From: Desulfobacterales bacterium
Lineage (GTDB): Bacteria > Desulfobacterota > Desulfobacteria > Desulfobacterales > UBA5852
Assembly (NCBI GenBank): GCA_963674755.2
Contig: CAXXVS010000002.1
Location: 1,984,001-2,048,000, forward strand
DNA: 64,000 bases
Direction: 5' to 3'
Position 1 is the first letter of the stretch. The number at the start of each line of letters is the position of its first letter. Shown here one piece after another: positions 30,314 to 40,277 of the stretch. The notes beneath the pieces were generated by a model that was given only the letters and a program-made list of their open reading frames with translations, was not told where the DNA came from and made no database searches. A program made the translations under genes and the position numbers.

Positions 30314-30345
30314 ACGCATGGCAGCCCCCGGTTGCCATGCGTTTT
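30314..30345 (+). terminator. Intrinsic terminator after rpsT
   Basis: ACGCATGGCAGC-loop-GTTGCCATGCGT followed by TTT. Confidence 0.6.
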
Positions 30346-30351
30346 CGTGTT

Positions 30352-30915
30352 TCAAAACGACGATGTGAACTGGTAGTGAAAGTTTTCCGCCATGCGTTGG
30401 GCGATGATGGCCAGCGCCCGGCGCAAATTGCCTTCCGTGCTGGTCTTGTCGGCAAGCACGGTGTAGGCCTCACTGTCACTTAGACTGCTCTGCCAGAGGA
30501 CCTTGCCTTTGCGGTTTTTCAAAAAGAGGTCCACCCTTACCGAAACCCGCCGTTCAAGGGTGCTGGAAATACTTTGGCGGGCGACCGATCCGGTGCGCAG
30601 ATCACGAATGACGCCCGCTAAAACCGCTTCCGCCCGATCGCCATCCACGACCTCGGCATAACCGTTCCGGTTAATTTCATAGATGAAATCATTGGTGAAT
30701 TCGGTTTCGATGCCCACTTTGGTCGTGGTGTTGGTCATGGGGGGAATGCTCATGCGCTGAACTCGGACGACCGGCGCACGATCTCCCCTGAAGCTGTAAC
30801 CGCAACCGGTCAACCCGACCGCCACCCCCAGCGCCAGAATCACCGCATATCGGGCAACCCGGCGGGGTCTTTGGCGATCTGCCCGGCGTTTCCGCCCCTG
30901 TGCCATCATGCCCAC
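30352..30915 (-). CDS. lptE: LPS assembly lipoprotein LptE family
   Basis: Lipobox LTGCGY; position directly after leuS. Confidence 0.75.
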   Translation of the reverse strand: MGMMAQGRKRRADRQRPRRVARYAVILALGVAVGLTGCGYSFRGDRAPVVRVQRMSIPPMTNTTTKVGIETEFTNDFIYEINRNGYAEVVDGDRAEAVLAGVIRDLRTGSVARQSISSTLERRVSVRVDLFLKNRKGKVLWQSSLSDSEAYTVLADKTSTEGNLRRALAIIAQRMAENFHYQFTSSF

Positions 30916-30922
30916 CCGCTTT

Positions 30923-33514
30923 CTATGCGACGATATTGACCAGCTTACCCGGCACCACGATGACCTTGCGCACCGTCTTGTCCCCGATGAACTTGCGGGC
31001 CCGCTCGTCGGTCAGCGCCAGAGCTTCGATCTTGGCCTTGTCTGTCCCCGCCTCAACGGTCAATCGGCTACGCAGCTTGCCGTTGACCTGGATGACGATC
31101 ACCCATTCGTCGTGCACCAGGGCATCCTCGCGATAGGCGGGCCAGGGGACCTGCAGGATGCTGGGGGCATGGCCCAGCGCTTCCCAGATCTCCTCCGCAA
31201 AATGGGGGACGATGGGTGACAGGAGTAGGGCGATCCGCTCCAGGGCCAGACGGATGACGCCGCGCTCCGCGGCGGCGTTCGTCTGGAGCGCCTCGCCGGA
31301 AGCCAGATTAACCAGCTCCATTACGGCGCTGATGGCCGTGTTGAAATGAAAGCGTTCCTCGATGTCGCGGGTCACCTTATGGGTGGCCTGATGGACCTTC
31401 TTAAACAGCTCGCGCACGGGCGGGGAGAGCGTCGCCTCATCCCCATCGAAGGGCGCAACCCCGTCCAATTTGTCATGCCAATGCCAAACGAGCCGCCACA
31501 CCCGGTTGAGGAAACGGTAGCCCCCTTCGACACCCTGCTCGCTCCACTCCAGATCACGTTCCGGCGGGGCGGCGAAAAGGCAAAACAGACGCGTGGTATC
31601 TGCCCCGTATTGGTTGAGCAGCAGGTTGGGGTCGATCACGTTCTTTTTGGATTTGGACATTTTCTCGACCCGCCCCACCATGACCGCTTGGCCGCACAGA
31701 CGGCAGGTGCGCTGCCCGTTCTCTTCCAAAACATCGTCCGGGAAGAGAAATCCATGCTCCGGGCAGGATACGGTCTCTTTGCAGACCATGCCTTGGGTGA
31801 GCAGGCGCGTGAAGGGCTCCTTGAAGCGGGTCAGACCGAAATCCTTGAGCACACGGGTGTAATAGCGCGAATAGAGCAGGTGCAGAACCGCGTGCTCCAC
31901 CCCGCCGATGTACTGGTCCACCGGCATCCAGTAGTCCACGGCATCCTTATCGAACATGCCCGTGGAACAGCGCGGGCTGCAATAGCGTTCGAAATACCAG
32001 GACGATTCCACGAAGGTGTCCATGGTATCGGTTTCCCGGCGGCTGTCTTCGCGCCCGCACTTGGGGCAGGTCGTGCGGCGGAACGCTTCCAGCGACGGGA
32101 GCGGTGAGCGCCCGCCCTCCAGCAGGTCCACATCCTCCGGCAGCACGATCGGCAGCTCGTTCTCCGGCACCGGCACCACCCCGCAGTCCGGGCAATAGAC
32201 CACCGGAATGGGGGCGCCCCAATAGCGCTGGCGCGATATGCCCCAGTCGCGCAGCCGGAAATTGATCGTCTTGCGCCCCATGCCGTGGGATTCCAGATCG
32301 TCGGCGATGGCCTCCATGGCCTGGCGATTGGGCTGTCCGTTGAAATCCCCCGAATTCACCATGATCCCATCCTGGGTGTAGGCCTCCGTCAGGGCGGCGG
32401 CATCCAGGGGGTCGTCTTCCCGGTCGATGACGACGATGATCTCGAGCCCGTATTTGCGCGCGAAATCAAAATCGCGCTGATCGTGGGCCGGCACCGACAT
32501 GACCGCCCCGGTGCCGTATTCCATCAGGGCGAAATTGGCGGTATAGATGGGCATCCGGCGCTGGTTCATGGGGTTGATGCAGTAGGCCCCCAGGAAAACC
32601 CCTTCCTTTTCATACTTTTCCAGACCGCGGTCGGAGCGGTCCTGCATGGCAATGCGCTCCACGAAGGCCTGCACCGCCGACGCCTGGGGCGTATCGCGGG
32701 AAAGCTCCGCCACCAGGGGATGTTCGGGGGCCAGACACATGAAGGTCGCCCCGAAAACCGTGTCATGCCGAGTGGTAAAAACCGTGATGACCGCTTCGGA
32801 GCCCTCCACCGGGAAGCGAATTTCCGCCCCCAGACTTTTGCCGATCCAGTTTTTCTGCATGGTCAGCACCTTGTCGGGCCAACCGGGCAGCTGATCGCAA
32901 TACATCAGCAGGTCGTCCGCATAATCCGAAATGCGGAAAAACCATTGCCAGAGCTTCTTCTGATGCACCGGCTGACCGCAGCGCCAGCACAGGCCGGCTT
33001 CCACCTGTTCGTTGGCCAAAACCGTCTGGCAGGTTTCGCACCAGTTGACATAGGATTCCTTGCGATAGGCCATGTCTTTGGCCAGCATCTGCAGGAACAG
33101 CCATTGCTCCCAGCGATAGTATTCCGGACGGCAAGTGGCGATTTCCCGGTCCCAGTCATAGGAAAACCCCAGACGCTTGAGCTGCTGGCGCATGGCATCG
33201 ATATTGGCGTAGGTCCACTGGGCCGGGTGGGTCTTGTTGGCGATGGCCGCGTTTTCGGCCGGCATGCCGAAAGCATCCCACCCCATGGGATGCAGGACGT
33301 TGAACCCGCGCATGCGTTTGTAGCGGGCCACGACGTCGCCGATGGTGTAGTTGCGCACATGCCCCATATGGATTTTCCCCGAAGGATAGGGAAACATTTC
33401 CAGCAGATAATATTTTTCCCGCCCGGGATCTTCATCGACGTTGAAGAGGTGGGACGCTTCCCAACGCTGCTGCCATTTGGTTTCGATCGCCTGGGGATCG
33501 TAGCGCTCTTCCAT
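30923..33514 (-). CDS. leuS: Leucine--tRNA ligase
   Basis: [26 protein letters not shown] editing motif, KMSKS. Confidence 0.98.
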   Translation of the reverse strand: MEERYDPQAIETKWQQRWEASHLFNVDEDPGREKYYLLEMFPYPSGKIHMGHVRNYTIGDVVARYKRMRGFNVLHPMGWDAFGMPAENAAIANKTHPAQWTYANIDAMRQQLKRLGFSYDWDREIATCRPEYYRWEQWLFLQMLAKDMAYRKESYVNWCETCQTVLANEQVEAGLCWRCGQPVHQKKLWQWFFRISDYADDLLMYCDQLPGWPDKVLTMQKNWIGKSLGAEIRFPVEGSEAVITVFTTRHDTVFGATFMCLAPEHPLVAELSRDTPQASAVQAFVERIAMQDRSDRGLEKYEKEGVFLGAYCINPMNQRRMPIYTANFALMEYGTGAVMSVPAHDQRDFDFARKYGLEIIVVIDREDDPLDAAALTEAYTQDGIMVNSGDFNGQPNRQAMEAIADDLESHGMGRKTINFRLRDWGISRQRYWGAPIPVVYCPDCGVVPVPENELPIVLPEDVDLLEGGRSPLPSLEAFRRTTCPKCGREDSRRETDTMDTFVESSWYFERYCSPRCSTGMFDKDAVDYWMPVDQYIGGVEHAVLHLLYSRYYTRVLKDFGLTRFKEPFTRLLTQGMVCKETVSCPEHGFLFPDDVLEENGQRTCRLCGQAVMVGRVEKMSKSKKNVIDPNLLLNQYGADTTRLFCLFAAPPERDLEWSEQGVEGGYRFLNRVWRLVWHWHDKLDGVAPFDGDEATLSPPVRELFKKVHQATHKVTRDIEERFHFNTAISAVMELVNLASGEALQTNAAAERGVIRLALERIALLLSPIVPHFAEEIWEALGHAPSILQVPWPAYREDALVHDEWVIVIQVNGKLRSRLTVEAGTDKAKIEALALTDERARKFIGDKTVRKVIVVPGKLVNIVA

Positions 33515-34067
33515 GATGTGTCATGCCTCCACGTGAATCGGCGTTGTGCAGTGCACCCTGGGCCCGGTCAACCGCCCGAGGCCCTGCAGGCAAATGATTT
33601 CAATGCCACAACGCATCGCAAATAGCAACCCGCGACCGCGCCGGTCCGGCCGTGCCACCGGCCATGCCCCCAACGCCGGCAGCCGCAAGCGTCATGACAC
33701 CGGAAAGCTTAAAATTGTTTGACTTGAGGTTCTCAATTGCCTATTTATATCGCTTACATAAATAAAGATCGGTCATCGCGAACGCCAAACTGGTCCATAA
33801 CGCTGTTTAAAACGGGGGTTGATCGGCGGAGCATCCACCGCACGGCGTGCCGATCCCAAACCGAAACGCCGTCACGCAGACCGGCAAAGGAAGGCCGGCA
33901 ACATATCCAATTACCGTTGATCGGTGCCGAACATTTTATTCGGAGAGGGAGGCCGTGCCGTTACGCCCGTCGGTAAAGGTCCGATTGTTCCGCCCCTCAC
34001 AAAAGCGGGCGCCGCTTTCCCGAACCAGCCTATTTCTCGATACGCGATTCACAAGGAAACAATTTAT

Positions 34068-35528
34068 ATGAGCAGCAAGATTCTGATCAACGCCGTTGAC
34101 ACGGAAGAGTGTCGCATCGCCAAAGTGAAGGACAGCCGACTGGACGAATTTCAAATCGAAAGCGCCAGCATCGAAATCACCCAGGGCAATATCTACAAGG
34201 CCACCATCACCCGCATCGAACCCAGTTTGCAGGCCGTCTTTATCGATTACGGCGCCGAGCGCAACGGGTTCCTGCAGATCCAGGAAATTCACCACGACTA
34301 TTTCCACGATGTGGAAGCCGGGGGGCGCGACATCTCCCAACTGGTGCGCAAGGGCCAGGAGTTGCTCGTCCAGGTCGTCAAGGACCCGTTTATGCACAAA
34401 GGGGCCATGCTGACCACCAATCTGAGTTTGGCCGGACGTCTGATGGTGCTCATGCCGGGCAATGAGACCCACGGCATATCCCGTAAGATCGAAGACGAAA
34501 AAGAACGCCTGCGCCTCAAGGATATCGTGAACACCCTCAACATCCCCGAAGGCTTCGGCGTGATCGTGCGCACCATTGCCGAAGGGGCCACCAAGACCGC
34601 TCTCACCAAGGATTTCAACTATCTCATGCGCTTGTGGAAAACCATCAAGAGCCGGGTGATGGAAGTCGAGGCCCCCCAACTGCTCTACAAGGAGCGCAAT
34701 CTAGTGGTGCGCACGATTCGCGACTATTTCACCTCGGACGTCTCGGAGATCCTGGTGGACGACCCCACCGTCTACCAGGAAATCAAAGACTTCATGAAAA
34801 TCATCTCCCCCAAGCAGACCAAAATCGTCAAACAGCACAAAGCCGCCAAACCCATTTTTACCCGCTACCAGTTGGAAGACCAGATCGCTTCGGTCTACGA
34901 CAGCCGCGTTCCGCTGAAATCCGGGGGCTCCATCGTCATCAACCAGACCGAAGCCCTCGTGGCCATCGATGTCAACTCCGGCAAAGCCACCCAGAAGGGC
35001 TCCATCGAAGAGACCGCCCTCCAGACCAATCTGGAGGCGGTGGAGGAAGTGGCCCGCCAGCTGCGGCTCCGGGACCTGGGAGGGCTCATCGTCGTCGATC
35101 TGATCGATATGCGCGACCGCAAGAACCGCGGCGAAGTGGAACGGATCATGAAAACCCATCTGAAAGACGACAAGGCCCGAACCAAGGTCGGCCGGATATC
35201 CCGCTTCGGCCTTCTCGAAATGTCCCGCCAGCGCATTCGCCCATCGATCGAATTCAGCAGTTATCAGGTCTGTGACCACTGCCGGGGCAAGGGCCAGGTG
35301 CCATCCACTGAAACCCTGGGGGTGGCGTTCTTGCGCAAACTCAGTCTCGAAAGCCTGAAATGCGACATAAAGACCCTCAAGGGGCGGGTGCCGGCCAGTG
35401 TGGCCGACTACCTGCTCAACCGGAAACGCAAGGAATTGACGGACCTGGAAGAAAAACGACAGCTGACCATTCGCATCGAAGCGGATGAAAACATGATGCC
35501 CGGCGAAAGCCAGATCAGTTGCGCGTGA
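34068..35528 (+). CDS. Rne/Rng family ribonuclease (catalytic domain only)
   Basis: GNIYK...S1 domain, IDVNSG, QLRLRDLGGLIVVD, CDHCRG Zn link; AAGGA RBS. Confidence 0.93.
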   Translation: MSSKILINAVDTEECRIAKVKDSRLDEFQIESASIEITQGNIYKATITRIEPSLQAVFIDYGAERNGFLQIQEIHHDYFHDVEAGGRDISQLVRKGQELLVQVVKDPFMHKGAMLTTNLSLAGRLMVLMPGNETHGISRKIEDEKERLRLKDIVNTLNIPEGFGVIVRTIAEGATKTALTKDFNYLMRLWKTIKSRVMEVEAPQLLYKERNLVVRTIRDYFTSDVSEILVDDPTVYQEIKDFMKIISPKQTKIVKQHKAAKPIFTRYQLEDQIASVYDSRVPLKSGGSIVINQTEALVAIDVNSGKATQKGSIEETALQTNLEAVEEVARQLRLRDLGGLIVVDLIDMRDRKNRGEVERIMKTHLKDDKARTKVGRISRFGLLEMSRQRIRPSIEFSSYQVCDHCRGKGQVPSTETLGVAFLRKLSLESLKCDIKTLKGRVPASVADYLLNRKRKELTDLEEKRQLTIRIEADENMMPGESQISCA

Positions 35529-35548
35529 ATCGGGCATTCCTTAGAATA

Positions 35549-35778
35549 GTGTCCATCCAGAGGTGGTAGGTTCAGGTTCCTGGCAAGGCCGCAGCCGACG
35601 GTCGTCCCGCCAAGCGGGACTTCCCATCTGATTGATTTTTCAACGGTGGGTGCCCACAGGCGCAGCCCGGCTACGCCGAAGAGCGACAGGAGGCGAGAAC
35701 GCCGGCTTGTCCGCCAAAGGTGGATTGGTCGACCCGCGGCGGGCCAGGGGCCAAAAGATGTCATCTCTGGATGGACGA
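35549..35778 (+). repeat. Intergenic hairpin repeat, copy B
   Basis: Arms GTCCATCCAGAGGTGG...TCATCTCTGGATGGAC; interior shared with copy C. Confidence 0.9.
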
Positions 35779-35800
35779 TAGAAGTTGGAAGGACAAAACC

Positions 35801-36580
35801 ATGGCAGGACACCGCAATGGTCGCAGAAGCAATTCCCTTTTGGTCATCGGTCTGGCCGGCCTCATTTTGCTAGCCATCCTGGCCGCCATTAAAATATTGA
35901 TGGAACCGCAAATCGTCGTTCACGAGAAGGAATCGCCTCCGGCGGCGAGTCCCCCGGCCCCTGCACCCGAACAGGAGAAAAAAACGGTCATCGATTATGA
36001 CAAGATGCAATCGGATGAGGCTCTGCAATCGATGATGAACGAACGCAAAGACAGCTACGATGTGGGCGCCGGCATCGATATCATCGCCCGCTCGGACGAA
36101 ACGGTCAAAATCGGCGGCCGGACCCTTTCCATGAAGGAGCTGCAAAAACAGATTCAGCTGAAACTGGGGGAAATCACGGAGGAGACCATCGGACCGGACG
36201 GCCGGCCCGTACTCCAGATGACCCAGAGTTACGGCATCTACGTCGTCCAGCCCGGGGACAATATCTGGAATATTCATTTCCGTTTTCTCAAGGATTATTT
36301 CAGCCGCCGGAACGTCACCTTGTCGCCGGTGGCGGATGAACCCGTGTCGGACGGCTTCAGTTCGGGGGTTGGCAAACTTCTCAAGTTTTCCGAAAACATG
36401 GTCTACATTTACAATCTCAAGGATCAGCAATTCAGCGAAAACCTGAATCTGATCGAGCCCCGGTCGAAGATCGTGATCTACAAGATGGACCGGGTATTCG
36501 CTTTTCTCGAACAGGTGGATTATGAAAACATCAACCGGATTCAGTTCGACGGCGATACTCTCTGGGTGCCGTCCAACTGA
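35801..36580 (+). CDS. Membrane-anchored hypothetical protein with LysM-like motif
   Basis: N-terminal TM, Pro-rich linker, YVVQPGDNIWNI motif; AAGGA RBS. Confidence 0.7.
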   Translation: MAGHRNGRRSNSLLVIGLAGLILLAILAAIKILMEPQIVVHEKESPPAASPPAPAPEQEKKTVIDYDKMQSDEALQSMMNERKDSYDVGAGIDIIARSDETVKIGGRTLSMKELQKQIQLKLGEITEETIGPDGRPVLQMTQSYGIYVVQPGDNIWNIHFRFLKDYFSRRNVTLSPVADEPVSDGFSSGVGKLLKFSENMVYIYNLKDQQFSENLNLIEPRSKIVIYKMDRVFAFLEQVDYENINRIQFDGDTLWVPSN

Positions 36581-36616
36581 TCTCCGGCCATATGGTTGGA
36601 GTGCCTGAAGATTAAA

Positions 36617-36848
36617 CGTGTCTATCCAGAAACGGTAGATTTTGGTTCCGGGCAAGGCCGCAGCCGACGGGCGTCCCGCCAAGCGGGACTTCCCATCTGA
36701 TTGATTTTTCAACGGTGGGTGCCCACAGGCGTCGCCCGGCTACGCCGAGGACCGACAGGAGGCGAGAAGGCCGGCTTGTCCGCCGAAGGTGGATTGGTCT
36801 ACCGGCGGCGGGCCAGGGGCCAAAAGATGCCGTTTCTGGATTGATACG
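36617..36848 (+). repeat. Intergenic hairpin repeat, copy C
   Basis: Arms CGTGTCTATCCAGAAACGG...CCGTTTCTGGATTGATACG; same orientation as A and B. Confidence 0.9.
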
Positions 36849-36927
36849 AACTAGTGTTTGACCTCACGGAGCATTTACAGTATATGAGCGCCATTTTATT
36901 TTTCCGAAGCCTAAGGGAGGTTCTATC

Positions 36928-37299
36928 TTGACAGGTATCGCATACGCAATGGGTCAGGGCGGCGCCGCCGGACAGGGAGCCGGCGGTTTTGGGGGACTGA
37001 TCCCCATCGTTTTGATGTTCGTGATCTTCTATTTCCTGCTGATTCGCCCCCAGCAAAAACGCAACAAAGAACACAAAGAAATGATCACCAACCTGAAAAA
37101 AGGGGACCGCATCATCACCAGCGGTGGCATCTACGGCCGGATCACGGGCCTTGACGAGGCCACGCTTACCGTGGAAATCGCTGACAAGGTGCGCGTCAAG
37201 GTGGCCCGGGGCAATGTTTCCGGGCTTGCCCAGGGTGCTGCCCCGCAAGTGCCGCCCGCCAAAAAGGAAAAGAACAAGGGCAACGCCGACAAGTCCTGA
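36928..37299 (+). CDS. yajC: Preprotein translocase subunit YajC
   Basis: FYFLLIRPQQKR...LKKGDRIITSGGIYG. Confidence 0.95.
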   Translation: MTGIAYAMGQGGAAGQGAGGFGGLIPIVLMFVIFYFLLIRPQQKRNKEHKEMITNLKKGDRIITSGGIYGRITGLDEATLTVEIADKVRVKVARGNVSGLAQGAAPQVPPAKKEKNKGNADKS

Positions 37300-37407
37300 T
37301 AGGGATTCCGGCAGCCCGTCATTTGATGTGCACAAAATGGTTAAATCGCCCGTTTTGGGGATTTAACCATTTTGCCGTTAAGCGGATCGCAGGAAAGGAC
37401 AAGACCA

Positions 37408-38985
37408 TTGAAAAACATCGCATGGAAGCCAGTCATCATCGCAGCGGTCCTTCTGGCGGCCATCATCTATGTACTCCCGACGTTCCAACCGGGCATCTGG
37501 CCCCATAAGAAAATCAATCTGGGGCTGGACCTGCAGGGCGGCATGCATCTGGCGTTGGAGGTGGAAACCGACAAAGCGGTGGCCAGTACCATCGAACGCA
37601 TCGTGCAGGAATTGCGTGATCAATCCCGGAGCAAGGGTATTCAGGGCCTCCAGGCAGAGCGCGTCGACGGTGATCGAATCCAAATCAGCGTCCAGGGCCA
37701 GGCCAATATTGCGAAATTCCAGACCCTGCTGGACAGTGCCTTCGCCGATCTGCGGGAACAGGACCGCACCCTGAGCGGCGAACAATTGAAGCTGGTGCTG
37801 GATATGCCCACCAAGGAAGCCGATCGCATCAAGGAGCTGGCCACCGCCCAGGCCCTTGAAACGATCCGCAACCGCATCGATCAATTCGGTGTGTCCGAGC
37901 CGGATATCCGCCGTCAGGGGGAAAACCGCATCCTGATCCAATTGCCCGGCATCAGCGATACCGAGCGCGCCAAGGAGCTGATCGGCCGGACGGCCCAGCT
38001 GGAGTTCAAGCTGGTGGACGACCAGTTGTCACCGGAAACAGCCCTTAAAACCGGCGTCCCGCCCGGCGACGAAATCCTCTACCAGACCAGCGTGGATCCC
38101 GCGACCCAGCGTACCCGCACCGTCCCCTTCCTGCTGAAGAAGCGTACCGTGCTCACCGGTCAATACCTGACCGATGCCCGGGTGCGCTACGACCAGACCA
38201 AGCGCAGCTACTACGTGGCCATCGATTTCGACCGCAAAGGCGCCCGGATCTTCGAGCGCATCACCGGCGACAACATCCACAAGCGCCTGGCCATCGTACT
38301 CGACAACAAGGTGCATTCCGCCCCCGAGATCCAGGACCGTATCGCCGGTGGGAGTGCGGTGATTACCGGCAGTTTCACCGCCGAAGAGGCTGAAGACCTG
38401 GCGATCGTGCTGCGGGCCGGTGCCCTGCCGGCGCCGGTCAAGGTCCTGGAGGAGCGGACCGTGGGCCCCTCCCTGGGCAGGGATTCCATCAAAAAGGGAC
38501 TGACCTCCATGATCGTGGGGGGCCTTTTGGTCATCGTGTTCATGCTGATCTATTACCGGGGATCCGGCCTGCTGGCGGATATCGCCCTGGTGTTGAACAT
38601 CCTGCTGATGGGGGCCGGGCTGGCCGCCTTACAGGCCACGCTGACCCTGCCGGGCATTGCCGGGTTCATCCTCACCATCGGCATGGCGGTGGACGCCAAC
38701 GTCATTATTTTCGAACGCATTCGCGAAGAACTCGCCATCGGCAAGCCACCTAGGGCGGCGGTCGATGCCGGTTACGACCGGGCCACCCTGACCATCCTGG
38801 ATGCCAACGTGACCACCCTGATCGCCGCCTTGGTGTTGTTTCAATTCGGCACCGGGCCCGTGAAGGGGTTTGCCGTCACCCTGAGCCTGGGGGTCGTTGC
38901 CAGCATGTTTACCGCTTTGTTTTTCACGCGCGTCGTATTCGATGCCTACCTATCGGGCCGCAAGGTCCGCCATATCAGTATTTAA
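37408..38985 (+). CDS. secD: Protein translocase subunit SecD
   Basis: LGLDLQGG, RNRIDQFGVSEP, VGPSLG, GMAVDANV; TTG start after AAGGA. Confidence 0.96.
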   Translation: MKNIAWKPVIIAAVLLAAIIYVLPTFQPGIWPHKKINLGLDLQGGMHLALEVETDKAVASTIERIVQELRDQSRSKGIQGLQAERVDGDRIQISVQGQANIAKFQTLLDSAFADLREQDRTLSGEQLKLVLDMPTKEADRIKELATAQALETIRNRIDQFGVSEPDIRRQGENRILIQLPGISDTERAKELIGRTAQLEFKLVDDQLSPETALKTGVPPGDEILYQTSVDPATQRTRTVPFLLKKRTVLTGQYLTDARVRYDQTKRSYYVAIDFDRKGARIFERITGDNIHKRLAIVLDNKVHSAPEIQDRIAGGSAVITGSFTAEEAEDLAIVLRAGALPAPVKVLEERTVGPSLGRDSIKKGLTSMIVGGLLVIVFMLIYYRGSGLLADIALVLNILLMGAGLAALQATLTLPGIAGFILTIGMAVDANVIIFERIREELAIGKPPRAAVDAGYDRATLTILDANVTTLIAALVLFQFGTGPVKGFAVTLSLGVVASMFTALFFTRVVFDAYLSGRKVRHISI

Positions 38986-39070
38986 GTGCTCTGTGCCCCT
39001 GTCCTAAGAAGCAGCCCAACAGCCTCGGGACAGGGGATGCAGAGAATCGACATAAAAGGGGACCGCGTCC

Positions 39071-40111
39071 ATGCAATTCATCCGACCCGACGTCAACATT
39101 GACTTCATCGGCAAGCGCAAGTTTGCCTTCACCTTTTCGCTGTTGCTGATCCTGATCAGCGTCGGCACCCTGGTGTACCATGGCGGGCCGCTCTATGGGA
39201 TCGATTTCGCCGGCGGTACCCTGATTCAGGTCCGCTTTGACAAACCGGTTCCCGTGGCCCAAATTAAAGCGGGCTTGAGCCAGATGGACCTCAACAAGGC
39301 CTCGGTACAGCAGTTCGGTGAGAAGGGCTCCAGCGAATACTTGATCCACACGGACGTTTCCGGCATGACGGACAAAGGGTTCAATGAGTCCTTGCGCCAG
39401 CATCTGACAGAAGCCACCGGAACCACGGCCGAAATTCGGCGTGTGGAGATGGTGGGTCCCCAAGTGGGTCGTGATCTCAGGGAGAAGGCCCTCAAGGCCA
39501 TGTTCTATGCCTTGCTGTTCATCACGGTCTATATTTCCGGCCGGTTCGAATTGAAATGGCTGTTGAGCGCAGCCCTGGCAGTGGCCTTGATCGGGGCGGT
39601 CTATGTGTTCGGTCTGTTCAAGGTCAGCATTCCGATCTTGATTCTTTTGGCCTTGATCGTTACGCTGGCCATGTTCTGGTTTCTCAATCTCAAATATGCC
39701 ATGGGCGCCATCGTGGCGCTCATTCATGACGTGACCATCACCGTGGGGGTTTTCTCGTTGTTCAGCAAGGAGTTCACTCTGCCGATCATTGCCGCCCTGT
39801 TGACCATCATCGGCTATTCGCTGAACGATACGATCATCGTTTTTGACCGGATTCGAGAGAACAACAAGAAACTTCATAAAAATCCGCTGGGCACGATCAT
39901 CAACCGCAGTATCAACGAAACCCTGAGCCGGACCCTGCTCACGTCGGGGACGACCTTGGTGGTGGTACTTGCCCTTTTTGTCCTGGGCGGCGGCATCATC
40001 CATGATTTTGCCTTTGCCCTGCTGGTCGGTATTGTGATCGGTACGTATTCATCCATCTATGTGGCCAGCCCGATTCTACTGGCCTGGCAGCGCAAAACGT
40101 CTGCCGGATAA
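39071..40111 (+). CDS. secF: Protein translocase subunit SecF
   Basis: GIDFAGG, VGPQVG, GYSLNDTIIVFDRIRE, GTYSSIYVA. Confidence 0.96.
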   Translation: MQFIRPDVNIDFIGKRKFAFTFSLLLILISVGTLVYHGGPLYGIDFAGGTLIQVRFDKPVPVAQIKAGLSQMDLNKASVQQFGEKGSSEYLIHTDVSGMTDKGFNESLRQHLTEATGTTAEIRRVEMVGPQVGRDLREKALKAMFYALLFITVYISGRFELKWLLSAALAVALIGAVYVFGLFKVSIPILILLALIVTLAMFWFLNLKYAMGAIVALIHDVTITVGVFSLFSKEFTLPIIAALLTIIGYSLNDTIIVFDRIRENNKKLHKNPLGTIINRSINETLSRTLLTSGTTLVVVLALFVLGGGIIHDFAFALLVGIVIGTYSSIYVASPILLAWQRKTSAG

Positions 40112-40277
40112 CCCGAAGGCCCTCCGGACCGGTGGCCGTCTCCTTGCAAGGATCTGCCGCCCGGCCAAATTCAGCCGCCCGGCCAACTGGTTTTGCAAAT
40201 GTGGCCGCTGCTCCACCGGGTTTTCGAAGCAGCGGCCCGCAGCGGCCTTCCCCGGCGGCCCGAGGAACTGAGCAATC

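Noticed and set aside
33515..33720. T-box riboswitch before leuS (minus-strand GGTGGCACGG)
   Set aside because: Only a partial match to GGTGGNACC; no recognisable stem I and no U-tract terminator.
35720..35800. N-terminal extension of the LysM-like ORF from the ORF track
   Set aside because: The extension lies inside repeat copy B; ATG 35801 has a proper RBS.
26584..36848. Repeats as integron attC sites or a CRISPR array
   Set aside because: Units are 230-260 bp, lack RYYYAAC/GTTRRRY ends and regular spacing, and no integrase or cas gene is present.
40156..40186. Direct repeat GCCGCCCGGCCAA x2 upstream of dprA
   Set aside because: Only two GC-rich copies with an 18-nt period and no promoter context; likely a local duplication.
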